Of a DNA stretch of 64,000 nucleotides, positions 59,351 through 64,000 are shown piece after piece. Position 1 is the stretch's first letter. The number at the start of each line of letters is the position of its first letter. The stretch is from Balneolales bacterium (GTDB lineage Bacteria > Bacteroidota > Rhodothermia > Balneolales > Natronogracilivirgulaceae), in contig SLJN01000188.1 of assembly GCA_007135115.1 (NCBI GenBank), forward strand, positions 46-64,045, in the 5' to 3' direction. Under the pieces are notes generated by a model that searched no databases, was not told the origin of the DNA, and worked only from the letters and a program-made list of their open reading frames with translations. A program made the position numbers and the translations under genes.

Positions 59351-60646
59351 ATGAGTCAAAAACTATCTGCCGACGAGGCTGTCAGTAAGGTTTCATCAGG
59401 ATCCAGGGTATTTATTCACAGCATTGCCGCAGCCCCCGTTCATCTCATTGAAGCACTGGTACGGCGCCATCAGGAGCTTGAAGATATTGAGCTGGTTCAC
59501 CTTCATACCGAAGGAGAGGCCCCTTATGCAGACCCGGCGTATGCGGATACGTTTTTCACACGGTCACTTTTTGTGGGAAAGAACGTCAGACAGGCCATAA
59601 ACGAGGGGCGAGGAGATTATCTGCCGGTCTTTTTAAGTGAAGTACCGGCGATGTTTCGCAATAAAATCTTACCCCTCGATGTCGCACTACTTCAGGTTTC
59701 ACCGCCGGATAAACACGGCTATTGTTCGTTGGGTACTTCAGTGGATGTGGCCAGAGCTGCGTTCGAATCTGCCGGAATGGTAATAGCTCAGGTAAACCCG
59801 CAGATGCCGAGATCACTTGGAGATGGGTTGATACATCAGGACCGGATTGATTATATCGTTCATCACGAAGCACCGCTACCGGAATTACCTACCATTCAGC
59901 CCAACGAAACCGAGTTGAAAATCGGGGAATTTGTAGCCGGTCTGATTGAAGATGGCGATACCCTGCAAATGGGAATTGGAGCGATTCCCAATGCCGTTTT
60001 GCAATCGCTTGCCAACCATCGTGACCTCGGGGTGCATACCGAAATGTTTTCTGATGGAGTTATGGGTCTTTATCAAAAAGGAGTCATTACGGGCACGCGG
60101 AAGAAGACGCACCCGGGTAAAATTGTCGCCGGCTTTGTCCACGGATCCCGAAAACTGTATGATTTTATTGATGACAACCCGGCCGTAGCCATGCTTGATA
60201 TCGGTTATATTAATGATACCTCGGTCATCAGAAGAAATCCCGGAGTTACCGCCATAAACAGCGCCATAGAAGTTGATTTGACCGGTCAGGTTTGTGCGGA
60301 TTCTATCGGAACCTACCACTATTCCGGAGTCGGCGGGCAGATGGATTTTATTCGCGGAGCGGCATTGTCGGAAGGCGGAAAACCTATTATAGCTCTGCCT
60401 TCGGTCACAAGTAAAGGCGTTTCCCGAATTACCCCCTATCTAAAACAAGGCGCCGGCGTGGTAACTACACGTGCTCACGTGCATTATGTGGTTACAGAAA
60501 ACGGAATTGCCCATTTATATGGCAAAACTTTAAGCGAACGTGCCAGAGCTTTGGTTGAGATTGCCCACCCGGAACTTCGAGAGGAACTTGAAAAGTCGGT
60601 GATTGAGCGGTTCGGGAGTAAGGTGTTTGGGTCGGCTTATTCTTGA
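59351..60646 (+). CDS. Acetyl-CoA hydrolase/transferase family enzyme (4-hydroxybutyrate / succinyl-CoA:acetate CoA-transferase-like)
   Basis: 431 aa. Contains the GIG.IPNAVL, HTEMFSDG and SGVGGQMDFIRGA blocks characteristic of this family. Confidence 0.85.
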   Translation: MSQKLSADEAVSKVSSGSRVFIHSIAAAPVHLIEALVRRHQELEDIELVHLHTEGEAPYADPAYADTFFTRSLFVGKNVRQAINEGRGDYLPVFLSEVPAMFRNKILPLDVALLQVSPPDKHGYCSLGTSVDVARAAFESAGMVIAQVNPQMPRSLGDGLIHQDRIDYIVHHEAPLPELPTIQPNETELKIGEFVAGLIEDGDTLQMGIGAIPNAVLQSLANHRDLGVHTEMFSDGVMGLYQKGVITGTRKKTHPGKIVAGFVHGSRKLYDFIDDNPAVAMLDIGYINDTSVIRRNPGVTAINSAIEVDLTGQVCADSIGTYHYSGVGGQMDFIRGAALSEGGKPIIALPSVTSKGVSRITPYLKQGAGVVTTRAHVHYVVTENGIAHLYGKTLSERARALVEIAHPELREELEKSVIERFGSKVFGSAYS

Positions 60647-60663
60647 ATGAAGTAATCATAGAG

Positions 60664-60736
60664 AGCCAGAGAGCGGACTCGAACCGCCGACCTACGCATT
60701 ACGAGTGCGTTGCTCTACCAACTGAGCTACCCTGGC
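60664..60736 (-). tRNA. tRNA-Thr (anticodon CGT)
   Basis: Minus-strand 73-nt cloverleaf. Acceptor GCCAGGG/CTCTGGC, D-stem GCTC/GAGC, anticodon stem ACGCA/TGCGT with loop CTCGTAA, T-arm GGCGG-TTCGAGT-CCGCT, discriminator T. No CCA is encoded. Confidence 0.93.
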
Positions 60737-60862
60737 TTTTCATCTCCCGCACTTCAAATATAATGAGCTGAGCGACCGTACTGCAAAACTTTGTGCCTGC
60801 GAAAATATTTTGTAGGAAAATGGGTTCTATGGTGGTTACTTTTGTCTTTATAACCGATTGGT

Positions 60863-61456
60863 ATGGCCGCATTAATTCTGATAGTTGCAACCACAGTGAT
60901 CACCCTCATTGCATGGTATATGCGCCCCTCGTGGCAGCATGAGGGAATGATGCGGCCGTATGTGGTATTCCGGGAAAAGCGCTGGTATCAGCTGATCAGC
61001 TCCGGTTTTTTGCACGGGGATTCTACGCATCTGCTTTTTAACATGATCACCTTCTTCTTTTTTGGTCCGCAGTTGGAGCAGATTATCGGAACCGGGCTGT
61101 TTCTGCTACTGTATTTCACAGCGCTTGTCGTTTCAAGTCTGCCGACCCTGTTTTTGCATCGCAACAATCCCAATTATGCCAGTTTGGGAGCTTCCGGAGC
61201 TGTCGGTGCGGTGATTTTCTCCTACATACTGTTTTATCCGCTGAGTAACCTGTATATCATGTTTATCCCGGTAGGCATTCCGGCGTTGCTATTCGGGGTG
61301 TTGTTTCTGGTGGTGAGCTATTATGCCGGGCGCAAACAACTTGGTGCCATTAATCATGATGCACATTTCGCGGGAGCCGTTTACGGGCTTGTTTTTACCC
61401 TGATTTTCATCCCCCGATCTCTCGAACACTTCTTGAATGCAATAGGAGTAATGTAG
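60863..61456 (+). CDS. Rhomboid family intramembrane serine protease
   Basis: Six TM helices. H..(x)N motif (HGDSTHLLFNM), catalytic GASGAVGAV and downstream HDAHFAGAVYG. Confidence 0.85.
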   Translation: MAALILIVATTVITLIAWYMRPSWQHEGMMRPYVVFREKRWYQLISSGFLHGDSTHLLFNMITFFFFGPQLEQIIGTGLFLLLYFTALVVSSLPTLFLHRNNPNYASLGASGAVGAVIFSYILFYPLSNLYIMFIPVGIPALLFGVLFLVVSYYAGRKQLGAINHDAHFAGAVYGLVFTLIFIPRSLEHFLNAIGVM

Positions 61457-61579
61457 TGTCTTAAGTAATCGCCAATATTGGTGTTCCGCTCGTCCCAAAA
61501 ACATTAATTCCGTACAGTGTCGGAGCTACGCTTTTTGGGAGCTTCGCGCGCTTTGATCTTGGCGATTTCTTAAGACACT
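61455..61579 (+). repeat. 125-nt nested inverted repeat starting at the rhomboid stop codon (long terminator-like hairpin)
   Basis: AGTGTCTTAAGTAATCGCCAA (61455-61475) pairs with TTGGCGATTTCTTAAGACACT (61559-61579), 20 of 21 positions complementary. The inner arms are TCCCAAAAA (61493-61501) and TTTTTGGGA (61532-61540). TGAGTTTTCC follows. Confidence 0.8.
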
Positions 61580-61597
61580 GTGAGTTTTCCTCAAACA

Positions 61598-61646
61598 AAA
61601 AAATAGCCACGGACTCATACAGACAGAGCTGCATAAATCCGTGGCC
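61598..61646 (-). terminator. Rho-independent terminator of serC
   Basis: GCCACGGA (61606-61613) pairs with TCCGTGGC (61639-61646). On the minus strand the hairpin is followed by TATTTTTTT. Confidence 0.7.
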
Positions 61647-61655
61647 GAATGTTGA

Positions 61656-62735
61656 TTATCCGTGCTTCTGACGGAAATCCTGCATGAATGAAATAAGCGC
61701 GTCTACGCTTTCTTCGGGGCAGGCATTGTAGATGCTGGCCCGCATTCCGCCAACGCTGCGGTGACCTTTTAGGCCATTGAGGTTTTGCTTGGCGGCTTCT
61801 TCGATGAAGGTTTTTTCCAGGTCTTCATCAGCAAGACGGAACGTCACATTCATGTGTGAACGGGATTCTTTTTCGGCGGTTCCACGGAAGAAATCATCTT
61901 TGTCCAATTCGGCGTAAAGCTTTTCCGCCTTTTTGCGGTTGAGTTCTTCCATTTGCTTCAGCCCGCCTTTGTCTTGAATCCAGTCGAGAACGTAGTTGAA
62001 GAAATAGACGGCAAAAACGGGAGGCGTGTTAAACAGCGTCTTTGCGTGGGTCTGATAGTTCATCATGCTGGGGATGTTTTCAGTATACGCTTTTTCCAGC
62101 ATGTCTTTCCGGATGGCAACGATGGTTACCCCGGAAGGTCCGGCATTTTTCTGAGCGCCGGCGTAAATGATGCCGTATTTATCAACATCAATCGGCCGGG
62201 ACAGAAAGTCGGAGGAGGCGTCGCAGACTAAAGGTGTGCCGCCTGTTTCCGGCTCTTTACGGAACTGGGTTCCGAAGATGGTGTTGTTGGAAGTAAAATG
62301 AACGTAGTTCGGATTATCGCTGTAATTTACTTCACTATCGGTAGGAACCCGGTTGAAGTTCACATCCTTTGAGGAAAAAGCTTCGTTTACGTTACCGAAC
62401 AGCTTGGCTTCTTTGATGGCCTTGGATGACCATGAGCCGGTGTTGAGGTAATCGGCTGTTTCGCCCTCACGCAAATAATTATAAGGTACCATCAGGAACT
62501 GGGTGCTTGCTCCACCCTGCAGAAACAATACTTCAAAATCATCACCGAGACCGAGTATCTTTTTCAGCTTTTCTTGTGCCTGAGTATGAACTTCGGTGTA
62601 TTCTGGTCCGCGGTGACTGAGTTCAATAATAGAAGAACCGGTTCCCTTGTAATCAACGAGTTCTTTTTCGACGCGTTGAAGTACTTCGAGGGGAAGTACC
62701 GCGGGACCGGCACTAAAGTTATGTGATCTTGACAT
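61656..62735 (-). CDS. serC: 3-phosphoserine / phosphohydroxythreonine aminotransferase
   Basis: 359 aa. N-terminus HNFSAGPAVLP, a GGAS.QF block and the PLP-lysine region (YAGAQKNAGPSGVT). Confidence 0.93.
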   Translation of the reverse strand: MSRSHNFSAGPAVLPLEVLQRVEKELVDYKGTGSSIIELSHRGPEYTEVHTQAQEKLKKILGLGDDFEVLFLQGGASTQFLMVPYNYLREGETADYLNTGSWSSKAIKEAKLFGNVNEAFSSKDVNFNRVPTDSEVNYSDNPNYVHFTSNNTIFGTQFRKEPETGGTPLVCDASSDFLSRPIDVDKYGIIYAGAQKNAGPSGVTIVAIRKDMLEKAYTENIPSMMNYQTHAKTLFNTPPVFAVYFFNYVLDWIQDKGGLKQMEELNRKKAEKLYAELDKDDFFRGTAEKESRSHMNVTFRLADEDLEKTFIEEAAKQNLNGLKGHRSVGGMRASIYNACPEESVDALISFMQDFRQKHG

Positions 62736-62857
62736 ATCTAATATTTGTGGTTTTCGATTTAATTAAAAAATCTAACGCTCCCAACCCATAGTTTTATGGG
62801 TTGATAAAACTGTTACCTATAACCGGTCGGCAGCCGTTGAATTGTGATTAATCCGGA

Positions 62858-64000
62858 TTAAAATGTATGAACCAACAAGCCGGAACGAAGTTTAGGTTCA
62901 AACCAGGTTGACTTTGGTGGCATGATAGCGCCACTATCGGCAACAGCTTTCCATTGTTGGATTGAAGGCGGATGAAGTATGACCGCCATCCCGGCTTTCT
63001 TTTCGTCGACCATCCGGATCATACGGCTGATGCTGTCGCTTCCCCCGATATATCGTTCATCAGGGGAGGCTTGCCGTGCAGAAATTCCGACCGACGGCTC
63101 AAGAAGATACCGGTATAATCGTGAAACATCCAACTGTTCTATAGGATCTTGCGAATCGGTTTCCGGCAGACGCATTTGTTTCCATCCCGATGGGGTATAG
63201 ATGCTCACGCAACCTGCCTTCGTGTCCGGTTGATCGAGGGACTTTTCAACAGAAAAATGTTCATCCAAATAGGAATCAAAAGGGTAGTCTGTTCGGAGGA
63301 TGAGACGGTGATAGGCGGATAACTTCAGCCGCGACATGGGAAATATCACGGCGGGAAAATACTCAAAGTCGCTGCCGTCATTCTGTTTCCGAAGTTCTTT
63401 AGCTGCCCTAGCGGCGGCTTCGGTGCGATGATGCCCGTCGGCAATATAAAGTGCGGGGACGGATTTAAAGGCATTCAAAATATCCTGCGGTCGGAATACC
63501 CGCCAAATTCGGTGGTAAACACCTTCTTTATCCTGATAAGAAATAAACGGCGTACCCTGTGGATGTTCCGGGATGAAATTGGCATTGATGAAATCATCAT
63601 CCGGCATGGCAAACATAACCGGCTCTGCGTGGGCGCGTTGGGTCAGAATATGCTTCTTTCGTTCTTCGACTTTATCCTCATGCACATGTTCATGAGGAAT
63701 GATGCGCCCTTCTTCATAATCTTTAACTGAGATGCATCCGAAAATTCCGGTTTGAATATGGTCTTCGGACTGCATCTGATACAAAAAAAGTCCGTCGCTG
63801 CGATCTCTTGAAAACAACCCTTCCGAAAAAAAGTGATCCAGATTTGCGGCACCTTTCAGATAGATATCCCGGATGGTTTCCCCAGAATGAAATCCGTCAA
63901 TCAGTTCGGGTCTGGTAATTTGCAGAAAGGAGTAGCGTTGATCTACATCCAGTTCACCGTTCGGTGTCTCAGCAACCGAGTCATAAGGCACGGCAGCAAT
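62858..64000 (-). CDS. DUF1015 family protein (5' end runs off the window)
   Basis: YIADGHHR motif and overall DUF1015 pattern. The reading frame stays open to nt 64000 (..IAAVPYDSV..), and the track start at 63991 is only a GTG, so the true start is probably beyond the window. It neighbours serC, a commonly seen association. Confidence 0.8.
   Translation of the reverse strand: MAAVPYDSVAETPNGELDVDQRYSFLQITRPELIDGFHSGETIRDIYLKGAANLDHFFSEGLFSRDRSDGLFLYQMQSEDHIQTGIFGCISVKDYEEGRIIPHEHVHEDKVEERKKHILTQRAHAEPVMFAMPDDDFINANFIPEHPQGTPFISYQDKEGVYHRIWRVFRPQDILNAFKSVPALYIADGHHRTEAAARAAKELRKQNDGSDFEYFPAVIFPMSRLKLSAYHRLILRTDYPFDSYLDEHFSVEKSLDQPDTKAGCVSIYTPSGWKQMRLPETDSQDPIEQLDVSRLYRYLLEPSVGISARQASPDERYIGGSDSISRMIRMVDEKKAGMAVILHPPSIQQWKAVADSGAIMPPKSTWFEPKLRSGLLVHTF

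Overview
This is a 64-kb chromosomal window from a T9SS-bearing bacterium of the Bacteroidota / Balneolota / Rhodothermota (FCB) type. It is probably a moderate halophile, because the secreted proteins are very acidic. Housekeeping genes look about 45-50% GC by eye.

Main contents, left to right:
- 1-11.5 kb: the canonical tuf / tRNA-Trp / secE / nusG / rplKAJL / rpoBC cluster.
- 11.8-20.6 kb: a hydrolase, a YtxH protein and an MdtABC-like efflux operon (adaptor plus two tandem RND permeases).
- 20.8-41.3 kb: mixed metabolic and envelope genes. These include transaldolase, an ACR3/BASS-like transporter, an S9 peptidase, a T9SS-tagged PQQ sugar dehydrogenase, RlpA, a CBS protein, an SDR, methyltransferases, a GH84 hydrolase, a phosphodiester glycosidase, a frameshifted DUF389 gene, a BacNaV-type channel, a Trx-like ferredoxin, vapBC and azurin.
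- 41.6-57.9 kb: the most unusual part (detailed below).
- 58-64 kb: a DapB-like dehydrogenase, a CoA-transferase, tRNA-Thr, a rhomboid protease, serC and a partial DUF1015 gene.

The 41.6-57.9 kb region holds a sensor-less hybrid two-component regulator, a divergent 3,757-aa T9SS cargo protein (GLUG, Ig-like, MBG and FN3-like repeats) and a translationally coupled orphan gene (orf618). This block is bracketed by a dead relic and an intact copy of the same S1/P1 nuclease gene. The 5' 4.4 kb of the giant gene is much more GC-rich than the rest of the gene.

Several convergent intergenic regions carry large nested inverted repeats, the largest about 440 bp at 32.76-33.20 kb. These features are not explained by the coding annotation.

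No CRISPR array, rRNA, integrase, transposase or recognisable defence operon was seen. No database or folding software was available, so all family assignments come from motif recognition by eye.
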